A DNA stretch of 64,000 nt from Vicugna vicugna (lineage: Eukaryota), in NCBI GenBank assembly GCA_013265495.1, contig MU057521.1, positions 2,058,335-2,122,334 on the forward strand, written 5' to 3'. The notes under the pieces are model-generated. The model was not told the DNA's origin. It did no database searches and worked only from the letters and a program-made list of their open reading frames with translations. Position 1 is the stretch's first letter, and each line of letters begins with the position of its first letter. A program made the position numbers and the translations under genes. Below, one piece after another: positions 38,700 through 51,535 of this stretch.

Positions 38700-41045
38700 T
38701 GGAAGAGCAATGTGGAGTAGGAGGCTCTTAAATCAATTCAAACAGATTTGACCATCAATTTCAGTGTTGCAATCTTGCTGATAAGACGATCCTAGTGTTA
38801 CACTGTGTTGAGGTGTGAGTAGTAGACACAAGCTGAAAAAGAAGAGTCAAAAGATAGTGGCACTTTGCTAGAGTTTCACTCATTCATCATCAGTCGGTCT
38901 AGCTTATTATCATATCATTTGACCACAATGTCTCCCAAAGCAATGCCTCTCCAGTTTGCAGGTTTCCATTCGACTCTATCCAAAACAGGAGTGGTCTCTG
39001 GCCTTCCAGGCATCTTGTAATTAAGCTTTCTTCAGAGACTCTTACTCCGAGCTTCTCTTAAGGCATTTGTGTAATATTGGATTTTCTTTGTCACATAATC
39101 CATTTATTCTTCTCTTCCCTCTTAGCTACCACTTGTCCCTCTATTTGTGATTTATTTTCACTCAGACTTTTCCTCATTGGAAGGGACGTCAGAGTCAGTC
39201 TAGCACAGTGCTGTTCCAGAAGCCAGTACAAATACTAGTCTAGTAAAAAGCCCCCTTTCATTCCACTCCTGTTCGTATAGGGTTGGGTGATATAGATGCA
39301 CAGCCAGCGGGCTTTCCCAACCACTAGGCAATACCCCTGCATTCACTGTCAATCTCAGCTTAGCCAGATAGAGTGAAGGCATAATCCATCCATCAGCCTC
39401 TTAGGAATTCTGGTATAAAGGTTTTAAAGTATCGTTACAGTTTCTTACTTAGGGATCACCCCTGATTCCAGCACCCACAGTTGAAAGCCTGGTCCTTGGG
39501 ACCACTGCATCAGGTAGAAAAATAAGATAGTTGAGGCAACGTGGAGAAAAAAGAGAAAAGCATAGTTGTACCGCCACCTTCTTTCTCTGGGGAGAACTGC
39601 ATAGTCACACCAGCATTCTCCCCCTCTTCTCCTCCAGGGCCTCCAGAAAAGTGGAGAAATCTATCTAACGGGGACCCTCCCTTGCTCCTCCTCGTTCTAA
39701 GTGGAAGCCCAGACTCATGAAGGCATGTAAGGCAGCCCCTTCCACTTCCCCCATGTTAGACTATAGACGTTTCCGTTGTGGTTCCAGCTGTCCGTTAGAC
39801 CAGTTCCCTGAGGATGCTATGCAACACGGTACATCCATTTGATGTGATACCGCCTTCCCCACTGTCGGACACTATGAGCTTATTATTAAGGGTGCTCTTT
39901 GGTCTACAGAAATGAAACTTGGAAATCCAGATTATTGCAATATCCTCTGGTCCAGTCCTTTTACAATATTTTGAGCATTTGCATCTACCTCTGAGCATGC
40001 AAAGCCCAGTCCAGAGTGTGCCTATTCCTATCCAGGCCCATTTGTAGCCTTACAGAGTTCCTAGCATCAGGCCAAAACTGGGGACTCACAGCACGAAACT
40101 CAGCCCACCGAGCTGTGCCATTTTTACCTTTTTCAGTCAGAGTGGTTGCCTTCCCATCACGATGCTGTCCACTCACCTTGAAACTGCCATCCATAAACCA
40201 AACAGCTCTTTTTTGGTCAATAGGGAGCTGTTCATAGGGAGCTGCCCAAGTGACTACAGATCCAACAATTCCTCAAGTGGTTCCAAAGTCAGTCTCAGAG
40301 GAAAAGATTCTACCTGCTTGTGAACATGAGTGCACTTCCTTGCAGTCCCCTGGTCCACATGCCTGCAAAATCCGTGCCGTTTTTCTTCATGGAACTCTTC
40401 TGGGCACTGTCTTCTCCATTATTGTGCTTTCCTAACATCCCTGAGACAATATGTGTATTTCAGGTTTCAAGGTTATTTTATGTCCTTCAGTTACTGGGGC
40501 AGTTTCAGTTAATGTCCAACAGCAAGCTAGTAATTAGCTCTCAAACGGAAGTTCTCGGTCCAAAGTCTCAGCAGCCGTTGATAGGTAGTGTTCACAGCCT
40601 TTTGCCATGAGCCCCAGGATGCCTGGACTTCTTTCAAGTGGTTGTATGGATAAGATCCAACTGTATTTCCAGATGAGGAATATGCGCCTCCAAAATCCAA
40701 ATAAACCAACCAGACACTGACATTATAACATGTTTTGTCAACCAGGTATCCTTTACTGTTTAAAATTGACAAGCTGTGCGGGTTCAGGCAATGCTATGGG
40801 CTCCCATTTAGCATGGCCAATCAAGAATGCCAAAGGGCAGGTTTACAATATGAGGTAGGGGAGACTTGCCCCAATCAGACACAGAATCCATCCCCATAGT
40901 ACGTTCCCATAAAGGAAATGCAAACAATTTACATAGAGTCAGTTCCAACATTCCAATTTTCATCCAAACTTTCACCTTCATCCTTTCAATGGTTGCAGCC
41001 CATGTCCTCCCACCTGAACTGTAGAACTCTCAGGACTTCACCAAT
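38700..41045 (-). mobile_element. ERV-L-class internal remnant (end of pro plus deleted pol)
   Basis: Minus-strand peptides LIGHAKWEPIALPEPAQLVNFKQ*RIPG (40824-40741) and QCLVGLFGFWR (40719-40687) match ERV-L pol motifs. The left boundary is approximate. Confidence 0.75.
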
Positions 41046-41054
41046 GGACTTTAG

Positions 41055-42150
41055 AACCATCTAAATGTCCATCAATAAGGGAATGGATAAAGAAAGTGTG
41101 GTAAATATATACAATGGAATATTAGTCAGTCTTAAAAAATAAGGATGTCCTGCCACCTGTAATAACGCGAATGAACTTGGAGGACATTATGCTAAGTGAC
41201 ATATGAAAAGATTTCACAGAAACTTTGTGACACAGAAAGACAAATACTGCATGGTCTCACATACAGTGGAATCTAAAAGGGAAAAAAGAAAAGTCCAAAT
41301 TCATAGTAACAGAGAGCAGAAGGGTGGTTACCAGAGTCTGGGTATGGGAGAAAGGGGAGATTAAAAATTAAAAAAGAAAAAAGGATAAAGTAGTATATTC
41401 TAGGGGCTGTGGGAGGCGGTCATGGAGAGTTAGTGTTTAATGGGTATAGAGTTTCAGTTTTGCAAGATGAAACAGTCCTGGAAAGGAAGGTGGTGATGAT
41501 TGCACAACAAATCTGAATGTACTTAAAACTACCAAACTGTTCACTTAAAAATGATTGGTAGTAAATTTTATGTTATGGGTATTTTGTCATAATTGGGAAA
41601 AAAGTAAATTCTCCCTAAATTGATATACTGCTTTGATGCACTTCCTATCAAAATCTCAGGCAGATTTTTCATAGCTATAGACAAGATTATTCTAAAATCT
41701 ATATGTAAAAAGGGAAGGGACATAGCTCTGTGGCAAAGCACTTGATTAGCATGCACAAGGTCCTGAGTTCAATGACCTGTACCTCCATTTAAAAAAAAAG
41801 ACTTAAACAAAAGAGACTACTAAAATTTATGTGTAAAGGCAAAGAAAGTAGAAGAGCTATAACATTAAAGGGAAAAAGTGGGAGTCAGTCTACCTTATTT
41901 GAAGACAGTATACAGCTACTATACACCTATTATAAAGACTGTGTGGTATTGGCAGAGGGACAGAGACATAGATCAATGGAACCCAGAAATGGACTCATAC
42001 TGATACATACAACTGATTTTTGACAAAGGTGTAACAGCAATTTGATGGAGGAAAATTTGCCTTTTCAAGAAATGGAGATCCCTGACTAATACTCAAGGGA
42101 TCATGGACTTAAATGTAAAACTATAAAATCTTTAGAAAAAACACATTGGA
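41055..42150 (+). mobile_element. L1M fragments (3' UTR and ORF2 end)
   Basis: aaatgtccatcaataagggaatggataaagaaagtgtgg...; aagactgtgtggtattggcagagggacagagacatagatcaatggaac. Confidence 0.85.
41711..41819 (+). mobile_element. tRNA-derived SINE (Vic-1-like) nested in L1
   Basis: gggacatagctctgtggcaaagcacttgattagcatgcacaaggtcctgagttcaat; TSD ctaaaatctatatgtaaa / ctaaaatttatgtgtaaa. Confidence 0.8.
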
Positions 42151-42394
42151 TTTTAGAAGAATGAAGACTTTGGTCATTCAGGCAAAAAAATCAGGTCGCT
42201 TGTTTAAAAAAGAAATCAGGCTAGTTTCAGATTTCTCCACAGTGACAGTCAACGTGATCCATCTGTAAGATCCTTAAGGGAAGAATGTTGAGCCAAGGTT
42301 TTCTATCCAGCTAATCTGTATTCCACCCATTGAACGTGTAGTGACTAAGGAAACACTTCTCCCTTGAGTGCTTCTTGAGGAAAGTATTAAGGCT

Positions 42395-42730
42395 ATTGTC
42401 TCAGTCCGTTTGGGCTGCTGTAACACGATACCATAGATGGGGTGGCTTATAAACGGCGGAAATTTATTTCTCTCAGTTCTGGAGGCTGGGAAGTCCAAGA
42501 TCAAGGCGCTGGCAGGTTTGGTGTTTGTAAGAGCCACATCCTGATTCATAGACTGACTTTCCACTATTCCCTCACCTGGTGGAAGGGGGAAGTGAGCTCT
42601 CCAGGGCCTCGTCTATGAGGGCACAAATCTCATTCAGGAGATCAAAATCACCTCTCAAAGTTCCTCACGTGAGGCTTTAGCATTTAACACATGAATCTGC
42701 GGGGACAGAAACATTCAGTTTATAGCCACT
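42395..42730 (-). mobile_element. MaLR LTR (MLT1A-like)
   Basis: tgtctcagtccgtttgggctgctgtaaca...aatttatttctctcagttctggaggctgggaagtccaagatcaagg. Confidence 0.85.
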
Positions 42731-43624
42731 ATGGCAGGAACTGGGAGAGGTATAGTAAAGGGACTGTTGTTCGAGAATTTGACAAATGAATACATTTTAC
42801 AGTAGAACAAAGACTGAAACAAATGCAGGGGCTTGGGTAAAGAACTGTATATAACTGTTATACATCTTAGTGTAAAAATAATAAAAGAAACGTATTTTGG
42901 GAAGGGAAGGGGGAAAACCTATGAAAGTAGGATGACTTTACTAATTGCCTGATTTGTACCAGATGTCCAAAGACACCAGTTAAGTTGAGAAATCCAGTAA
43001 TAGAAGTATAAGTATTTACAGTATGAAGGTAAACAGTAAGAAATATATTATGACTCAAATCAGGTGAGTTGGGAGGGAAGCAGTATGTGAATTTTGTCAT
43101 TGCTTATGGTAAAGGACTAGCAGATACTATCAAAGGAAATAGATACGAGACTAATTATAGAGGCACGCAACAGTGCTACAGACTTTCCTAATGAGAGGTT
43201 ATTAAAAAAGGCAGAGGGATATCATGTCACCAGTCTTAACAGATGATGATGACATTCTCTCTTGCCGTCCACAGCACCTGCTGTTTCTGCGTCTCCACTG
43301 GTTCCCGTGTTATGCAGGGCTGATTGGCAACCACCAGCCAGTGTTGCCCCTTTTCACTCTTAGTTGAGACCAGTGCTTCTCAAATTATGTTGAACATCCA
43401 GTTTCCATTTTAATTCCCTTTCTGTGGCTAACCAATTAGAAAAATGAAACGAAACCAAACCAAAACAAAGACATGTGAAACACAAACTTCAATGATTTAC
43501 AGTCAAGATTTCAAAAGTACATTTTAATAAATATAGTCTGAACAAATAGAGAAAAAGAATGACAAAACTATAGAGGCTGTTTATTGAAAGCACGCATCAA
43601 AGTGATTAATATAGAGAATGATTT

Positions 43625-44165
43625 TTGTAACAAACTGTATTTTCTAAAGATGGCTGCCACAATATCTCCAATCCCACATGTTTTTTTAATAATGTGACCT
43701 TGATGCTCATTTCACTGAGTGCTGGGGTCTATGCTCCCTTCCCTTGAACCTGGGTGGGACTCTGTGACTCCCTAGATCAATGGACTGTGGCACAGGTGAC
43801 ACTGCAGGACTTGAAAAGGCCATGTAGCTTCCCCCTGGGTTTCTTGGGACACTCACCCTTGCAGCTGATCCATCATCCTTTGAATAAGCTCAAGCAGTCT
43901 GTAGAGATGTCCATGAGAAGAAGAACTGAGTTCCAGCCCACAGTCCCCATTGACTCCCAGCCAATAGCCAACACCAACTTGCCAGCCGTGTGAGTAAGCC
44001 ATTTTGAACGTGCACCCTCCATCCCCCAGTGACGACGCCTGGAGCAGAGAGGAGCCATCTGTGTTGAGCCCTACCCAGATGGTAGATTCATGAGCAAAGT
44101 AAATGGTGGTTGTTGTTTTAAACCACTGAGTTTGGGAGTTACTGTGAAGGAATAGATAATTGGAA
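43625..44165 (+). mobile_element. MaLR LTR (older MLT1F/G/H-like)
   Basis: aaagatggctgccaca...cccttgaacctggg...tgttgttttaaaccactgagtttggg...atagataa. Confidence 0.75.
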
Positions 44166-44404
44166 TGCTGTTACAACAATAGCTTTCTGTTATTTGCTTT
44201 TGTAATAAAATTATGAGTGAAGTAGCAGTTACTAATATTACCGCCTATCTTCGCACTCTGAATGAACTTATATACTGCAGAGTTTTGTTGGGAGAAATGA
44301 GCTTGCTTCTTTCTTGTTGACTTATCTAATGTAGGTTGAGTTGTCAACAATGCAACTACCAAGGGGTAGCGTTTACCAAAGCTGTTGGCATGTTTTGTTT
44401 TAAC

Positions 44405-44710
44405 ACATGCTGCATGAACAAGCCAGAAACAAAAGGGCAAATATTGCAGGTTCCATTTATATGAGGTACCTAGAATAGGTAAGTTCATAGAAAAAGAAAG
44501 TAGAATAGTGATTACCAGGGGCTGGAGGGAGGGGAGAATGGAGAGCCATTATTTAATGGCAGAGAGTTTAGGTTGAAAGTTCTAACAGGTAGTGTTCATA
44601 GTTCCACAACATTGTGAATGTACTTGATGCCACTGAAGTGTGTACATTTAAACATAGGACAAAATTGTACATTTAATGTTATATGTATTTATTTTACCAT
44701 AATAAAAAAT
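44405..44710 (+). mobile_element. L1MB 3' end
   Basis: aagccagaaacaaaagggcaaatattg...gtgaatgtacttgatgccactgaa...ttaccataataaaaa. Confidence 0.8.
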
Positions 44711-45589
44711 GTTTACTTCAAAAATCTAGCAAATAAGAAAATATAGAAAAATGTTTAGTTAGTAATAATTCTACAACTCAGAGAGAGCTGTTTTGGGCTC
44801 TAAACTTTCCTCAAGACACCTTCTTGGGTTGACCTCACAATACGTGGCAGGGTCTTTAAGATAATAAGGTTTTCTCTCTCTAGTTTCTCTTGCCCTGTTG
44901 TGTGAAGACAGCGGGCTTCTCTTGCATGTGGAAACAGGCAAAACCATAATCCCCTGTGAAATACTTTCCTTCCTCCTGGCTCCTCTACCAACAAAGCCTA
45001 TTCTTTCATGTCACTAAAGAGATTAAGGCTAATACCTTTGACAGCAACAGGAGAAAAGAGACTTTGTAGGCTAGAGGTAGGAATGGGGACAGATGTCTCA
45101 CCTCACAAGGTGGGAGGGTTAGAGCCACTCCCTCCCCTAAGTGGCCAAACATCAAACGGGATGGCACTGAGGTTCCCGCCTCCAGCAGAGATTCTCAGAC
45201 TGCGTTACTGGCGTGGAAGGGGAGAGCTGAGGGGCGTCTATTGACTTGAATAATAAAAACACCAGCAGCAGCCTTTGACTAGAGATTTATCCATCTCTAG
45301 GTATTTACAATCCTTGGATGAAGAGGTCTAATAAAGACTAACAGTGATTTTCCTGACAACACAGCGGATTTGGACTTGATTTAATGCTAATGTAGAAATA
45401 CGATGTTTTTGTCTTCTGGAATTTGTGAACTGAAATTTAGACTTGCCATTAGCGAGTTCTCATAACTATAGTTTCGACACCCTCTAAAGTGACAGAAAAG
45501 TTTGTTGAAAGGTTTTTCTCTATCTTGTAGTCAAGCTTATAGTGGAAGGAATCTGTGAGAACTGATGTTCTAACTCTTAAAGGAAAGGG

Positions 45590-45612
45590 GTGTGTGTGTG
45601 TGTGTGTGTGTG
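45590..45612. repeat. (TG)n microsatellite
   Basis: Directly visible. Confidence 0.95.
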
Positions 45613-45863
45613 TCCTTCTATTACGATTCTAGATATATCGCCTTGGAGGTGAACAGCTGTTGAGAGCAGACAGTCATTCTGACTGGCCAGTGCTGTGCCC
45701 ACAATATACCTGGTGGTAACTGTTTTTACATCATCCTTCATACTTTCATGTGGATGCTACCAATTTCTTCCACTTTCAGTTTTAAAGTTTTTATTTAATA
45801 ATCTAGAGCTCTTTTGCATGTTGATATTTTTTTCACGTAATCACTTTTTATTTTAGAATTTTT

Positions 45864-46034
45864 AAAGGCTTCTATAAAGTTGTCAGTGGATTCTTAAAGG
45901 AATTATTGATATAACTCCTAAGACATCCTACATTGGAATTACAAACACGAAAGCCTTTTAATGTTGCAACATCTGATGTCTTAGACCATCAATAATTCCT
46001 TTAAGAATCCACTGACAATTTTATAGAAGTCTTT
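45864..46034. repeat. Inverted repeat (47-bp arms plus 10-bp inner arms)
   Basis: 45864-45910 is the reverse complement of 45988-46034 at 45/47 positions; ctaagacatc (45918-45927) pairs with gatgtcttag (45975-45984). Confidence 0.95.
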
Positions 46035-46889
46035 GGAAAAATAGGACATAAGTTTTAGAGTTTTGGCGACTTTTCAAGACACAAGATACAATGATTCCCC
46101 TATCGAGGAATACCTTGATACCTAGTCAAACAGAAAATGCCTTGCCATTTCAGCCAGAACGGTGCTCACAAGTATACAAAAATGACAGTTCCATGACCTT
46201 GCTCATAGACAACCCATGGGTCTGTGTGAAGTGCTTGGGAAGTAGTGCCAAGACCAGTCGGTCATGGATTCTACCACTGCGTGTTTTTGAAGAAATGATC
46301 CTTAATCCTCCGGGCTTATTTATTTACTTTGTCACATCTGCTTTATGTGGAGGTGTAAATGTGTGTACAACTTCAAAGTAAACTGCAGACTTCATGAGAC
46401 TTCATCTCTCATCTCTGTATGTGCACAATGCAGGAGGTACCACCTAAAAACAAGGGCCCAACAAACATCAATGTCATCACATACCGTGTCGCACCCAAGA
46501 CAGTTTCAGTCCCACAGTATCTGATACTTAGTTCGTATTCAGATTTCTTCAATCATCTCCAAATTGCTTTTTATGGCTGTTTTTTCCCTCAAACCAGAAT
46601 CCAAATCAAGGTTCACATGTTGCATTGGGCTATTGGGTTGCGTGTCTTCAGTTTCCTTTAATCTAGAAAAGTCCCTCAACTTTTACATTTTATTTATTTA
46701 TTTTTTGTTTAATGACATTGACTTTTTGGAGAGACCAGGCCAGTTGCCTCACAATCAAAATAGTAACTGTATGTGGTTATAAAAATAACCAGTATATAGC
46801 GGGCCAATAATATATATCAGCAGTTTCTGACCCTCAAACCCTCCTCAACTCCACCAGGGGTAATCACTTTCAATTTTTCAGATCTAGTT

Positions 46890-47420
46890 CTTATGGCAGA
46901 TTTTGTTTTTGAAAAATGGTATCTTCCAACTCAAATGCTCTTCTTACAGTTTCCTTGATACTCCTCCCGGTCACAGGTGGCATATATGTCTTCTGCCCTT
47001 CAAACAAGGGCTTTTGTGACTCTTTCAATCAATAGAATGACAGTATGTGACTTCTGAGGCTGTCATTAAAGGTGATACAACTTCGCCTTTGCTCTCTGGA
47101 ATACTTGCTCTGGAAGTCTTTGGTCTGACTGCCCTTTGGCCGCCATGCTGTGTGGATGCCCAAACTAGCCCAGGCAGAGAGGCCGCTTGGGGAGAACCCG
47201 AGACTTCATAGAGAGAGATGTCCCACTGCCCTTAGATGCTTCGGGCCTCTGCTCTCCCAGGCCTAAACACTGTCTGACTGCAACCTGTGCAAGAAGTCCT
47301 GGCCAGAACTGCCTAGCCAAGCCCTCCTGAGTTTCCGACTCATGGAAACCGAGAGAGAAAATAGTGTTTTAAGCCATGACGCTGGGGAGTGCCTTACAAT
47401 GCAGCAACAGAGAACTGAAG
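46890..47420 (+). mobile_element. MaLR LTR (older MLT1-like)
   Basis: aatcaatagaatgacagtatgtgacttctgaggct...gccgccatgctgtg...tgttttaagcca...gcagcaacagagaactgaa. Confidence 0.75.
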
Positions 47421-47809
47421 TAATTTTTGGAGTTACCTCCATACCTGCTCATTGTACTGTGTCTTGATTTATCGATCTTAGACATTATTCTGTTTCTTAT
47501 TTTGATAGATGAGACTTAAGCTCGCTTACATTAACCCCTCATTTACTTGTTTCTCTCAATTTTTAAATATCACCATTTAGAATTCTTTTATTGGTTATCT
47601 TTGAAACTTTGTCTTTAAATCTCTATTTCTTGTTCCACCAACTTTCGGAACCTGGAATCACCACTTGTTCGGTAAGATTAAGCTTATATAATTGTATCCT
47701 TTTCCACACAGCCCTTTCAGTTCTCAATTAGCTAATATATATCTTATTTTTTCACTATGAAATATTAGGTAAACCATAAGAATTTATTAACTGTATGAGC
47801 CCTGATATT

Positions 47810-49550
47810 CTCCAGAACTCACTTATCTTCTGCACTGTCCGTCCTGAGGAGTTAAATGGGCTTCTGGTAGATAATACCACATTCATGTCTTTAATGTCCT
47901 GGAGGGTGGTATGAGTTTGTGTGATTTCTCCTAGTGTTAAAAATGCTGCTTTACTGGGTTTTTTTTTCCTTAGGAGGGAGAAGTTCCAGGGGCTTCTCCT
48001 TGGCCCTTCTTTTTCCACTAATCTTTGCTCCCTGGGCCAGGGAACCACTATGGTGACTGACTGGGGGCACTTTAGGGTTGCACTGGGCCTGCTAGGGTGC
48101 AGACTTTGGTCAGAACACCCCTCCATTTATCACTTGCTCCCTGTAAGTCCCCTCTTGGACAGTGGACCACAGTGATTTTCTGATTCTCTGGTGAACAGTG
48201 TGAGCTCGGAGCCGGGTCCAGCGATCCCCGGTGGTCTGAGCACTCCCGCTACCTCACAGCAGCCCTGATGCGCAGCCTCAGACCCTCTGGGAAGGCGAAG
48301 GGAGGCTCCCAGTGAGCTGAGATGCTATCGCAGGAGCGTTCCTCAACAACACGAGTCTCCACTTCTTCCAAGCGGTACAGATTCTAGGGCTTGAAATCTG
48401 GCCTGGAAACTGACTGAGATGCTCCCTCATGACGAGCAGGCTCTCTGGTTCCACTAACACAGCAGCACCTTAGTGAGCTGAGCTGCCATTTATTTTTGCC
48501 CTAAGGACCACTGCTTGGGATCCCTGCGGGAAAGGCCATCCTGATTACCAAGCCAGCCCTGCTACCTAATGTGGTGACCAAGCCTGCCTGGTTCGTGCTG
48601 GCCAACTGCCACTGCTCGGCTTCTGCAACAGAGGAAATCGAAGACCCAGAAAACCACTTTGGAATGCTGTCCTTTCACCCATCAAAGCCCTGGTTAAGGG
48701 GCTGGGTTAGGGCCTCCCCGAGGAACGGTGTGGCTTTGTGAGTGGTTCTCACATAACACAGCCACTGCAGCGTTTCTATTTCCTAAAGATACTGGGTTCC
48801 TTCTTTGACATTAGCGGAGTTCAGAGTGGTCGACTGTCACGTTCAGTTCCTTCAACTAGTCAAGCAGACAATTAAAAGCACTCTCAGCAGCTCAACCCAA
48901 AATGCCAAATTCAGAATCTGCGTTAGCTGAACCCATTTTGAAACCATTCAGCAGACTCAATCAAATCTGAAATTAGCTCACCAACATAATCCATTCCCAC
49001 ACGTGGTCCTCCAGACTTCCTGATACTCAGAATCCTCCAAATTCTCACAAATATGCACATTTCAGTAGTATGGGTCCTGCTCTTGGTCTGCTAAATTTCC
49101 CTACCTTCACAGAAAAAAGCTTGGTGAATCTGTGAATTCCACTGATATAATTTGGCAACCTGCAGGGTCAAATACTGAGTTTCACTTTTGATTACTTTAG
49201 TATCGTGGGTGCAAGAAATGTTTCTTTGAGCAGTCCTGAAAGGTCTCTGGGTTTTCCATCCCTGCCTTGATCTCAGCTGGCAGTCTATGAAGTCCTCACG
49301 CCTTCATTTTGTCCTATAGCAGCTGCAAAACAGCTCCCCTATGTTTTGTCCTTACTGGACACTTCATTCCATGACACACCAACAATAGTGTCATTAGCTG
49401 TCTCATCATGGGCTGCCAGATTCCCAACCAGTTAGATGCTGTTGCTACTGCTACGATTCTGTTTTTAATGTCCTGCCATCTATGTGGTACTCAAGATTGA
49501 AGGACCTGGGTGGCACCAGATAAGCTAAGTCAAGGGCCCTTGTGATGTCT
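47810..49550 (-). mobile_element. ERV-L gag-pro-pol remnant
   Basis: Minus-strand decayed peptides: DHVWEWIM and L*EIETLQWLCYVR (gag), LDPAPSS/SELTL...CGP (protease LDTGSELTL region, frameshifted), RAKEKPLELLP and TLQDIKDMNVVLSTRSPFNS...VQK...W (RT start). Confidence 0.8.
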
Positions 49551-50639
49551 GCCACCTAAAAAAGAAAAATTGGATCTCCCCACTTTGGTTCTGCAGCGGG
49601 AGGCCAGGAGCCTTCCCAAAACCAGCGTTCAGATGAACAGCATTCCTCCAAGGTACATTTGTTTGATGAATACTTTTGCAGTCTTTTTTTTTTTTTCTTT
49701 TTTCTCTTTTTTCTTAAAACCTTTTCTATTATTTTACAGGGTTCCAGGGGAGACAAATTCCCGTGATCAACTGTCAAGCTAATTCTTCCTTAACAACTAT
49801 TTCTTATTTAACTTTGGGAAATTAAAATATTTAAAGATAAAAAAAAAGAACAAGTTAATGAGTATCCATATTTCTATCACCCAGATTAAGCCACTTAAAT
49901 TTTTGACGTATGTTGTCATTTCTAGTTTTCTTTTTTTAAAAAAAGTAAAAATTGCGAGGTGGCAGGAAAAGAGGCAAAAATTATAGATGCTCATTGTAAA
50001 GTATTCAGACTTAGACAAAATAGGAAGATTCATTCACTCAGTTAACATTTATTGAGCACCCAACAGGCACCAGATACTGGTCCAGATACTGAAGATACAG
50101 CAGAGAAAAAAAAAACAGACAAGAAAAATCCCAGCTCTCATGGAACATACATGTTAGTAGGAAATATTACAAATAAGAAAAATATTAAATTACACAGTAT
50201 GTTAGATGATAAGTGCTACAGAGAAACACAGAGATTTGGTATACAAATCATCAGGAGGAAATGCAATTTTTAATAGGATGACCGGTCAGGGGAGGTCTCA
50301 CTTAAAGGTGGTTTCTGAAAATATACCTAAAGGAGGTGAAAGAGGTAAAGAAAGGAGAGAAGTCAACCCCGACGTCACTATCCACAAATAACATAATGAA
50401 CTTAAGGCGCAGATAATTCCAGATATCTAAGTCTATGCACAGGTATCTGGATGAATAATTATGGATGAACAGAAAGACACAGCTGGGAGAAATACACTGT
50501 TATATAAAAGGGGTTCAAACTATAGATTTTTGGGGGGATCATCAATTATCTATTAAGCATCTATTTTTGTTTCTGGAGATACTCATGTATATGCACACAT
50601 ATATACATACATCTGCATCACCCAGATTCAGGTTTTGGA

Positions 50640-51390
50640 TTGCATTGTATCTACAATCAATATGGTTAGAAATGATACATTCTTTTTATTGAAGCACAGC
50701 TGACTTATAATTAGAAATGATATTTTTGATAAGTCTTCCAACTCATGAACAGGGCCCATCTCTCCATGTATTCAGGTCTTATTTAGTTTCTTGTAGTAAG
50801 TTTCGTAGTTATCTGTGTTGAGGTCTTATACATGTTTCAGATTTCTTTTAAGGTATTTGATGCTTTCTGATGCTACTGCAATTGGTATTCAAATTTCAAA
50901 CTGTTGCTAGAATACAGAAATACTGTACTTTTTATCTATTACCCACATCCTGTAATGTTGTTAAATTCAGAGTCTAAGTTTATTAATTTGGATTTTCTAC
51001 ATACACAATCATGTCACCTGAGAATAACAATTTGGTTTCTTCCTTTTTAGCCCCTAAACTTTTCATTTATTTTTCTTACACTGGCTAGGAACTCCTGCAC
51101 AAAATGGAAAGCTGTGGTGACAGCAGGCACCTCTGTCTTTTGCCTGATTGCTGGGGAATAAAGTTTCCAGTAATTCACAGTTAAGTATAGTGTTTGCTAG
51201 AGTTTTTGTTTGTTTCTTTGATAGATCCTCTTTATTAAGAAGCTCCCTTCAATTTCTAGTCTGTGAACTTTTAAAAATGCTTTTTATGACTCTACAGACT
51301 TTCTCCTTCACTTCTATAAATGTGGTAACGAATGATAATTTTTCAGTTTTTAAACTACAGATAGTTCTTGCTTTTGCACTGTACCGTGTA
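50640..51390 (-). mobile_element. Old L1 ORF2 remnant
   Basis: T-rich; ccaactcatgaacagggcccatctctccat...acaatcatgtcacctgagaata...ggtgacagcaggcacctctgtctt. Confidence 0.7.
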
Positions 51391-51394
51391 AATG

Positions 51395-51535
51395 GAAATT
51401 TGCTGATTTTTGTGGTCTAAATCACTCCCACCCTGGCAGAGTTCAAGCTATCAATGAGATGACTGACCAGGTGGGAAGAGAGATGTAAAATTGGTTGTTG
51501 TGAGCCAGGATGAGCCAGCGCTGGCACACCTCTGA
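51395..51535. mobile_element. MER63-like hAT fragment
   Basis: Ends gtgagccaggatgagccagcgctggcacacctctg, like the MER63 terminus. Confidence 0.45.

Noticed and set aside
18337..41819. Five tRNA-like sequences with A and B boxes as tRNA genes
   Set aside because: They are mutually diverged, have A/T-rich tails, several have target-site duplications, and some are nested in other repeats: they are SINEs.
38150..49550. Idea that the two minus-strand ERV-L pieces are one provirus split by ~7 kb of nested insertions
   Set aside because: Both pieces contain the same pro/RT-boundary motif (AKWEPIALP at ~40810 and AKEKPLELLP at ~48000), so they are redundant and must be separate insertions.
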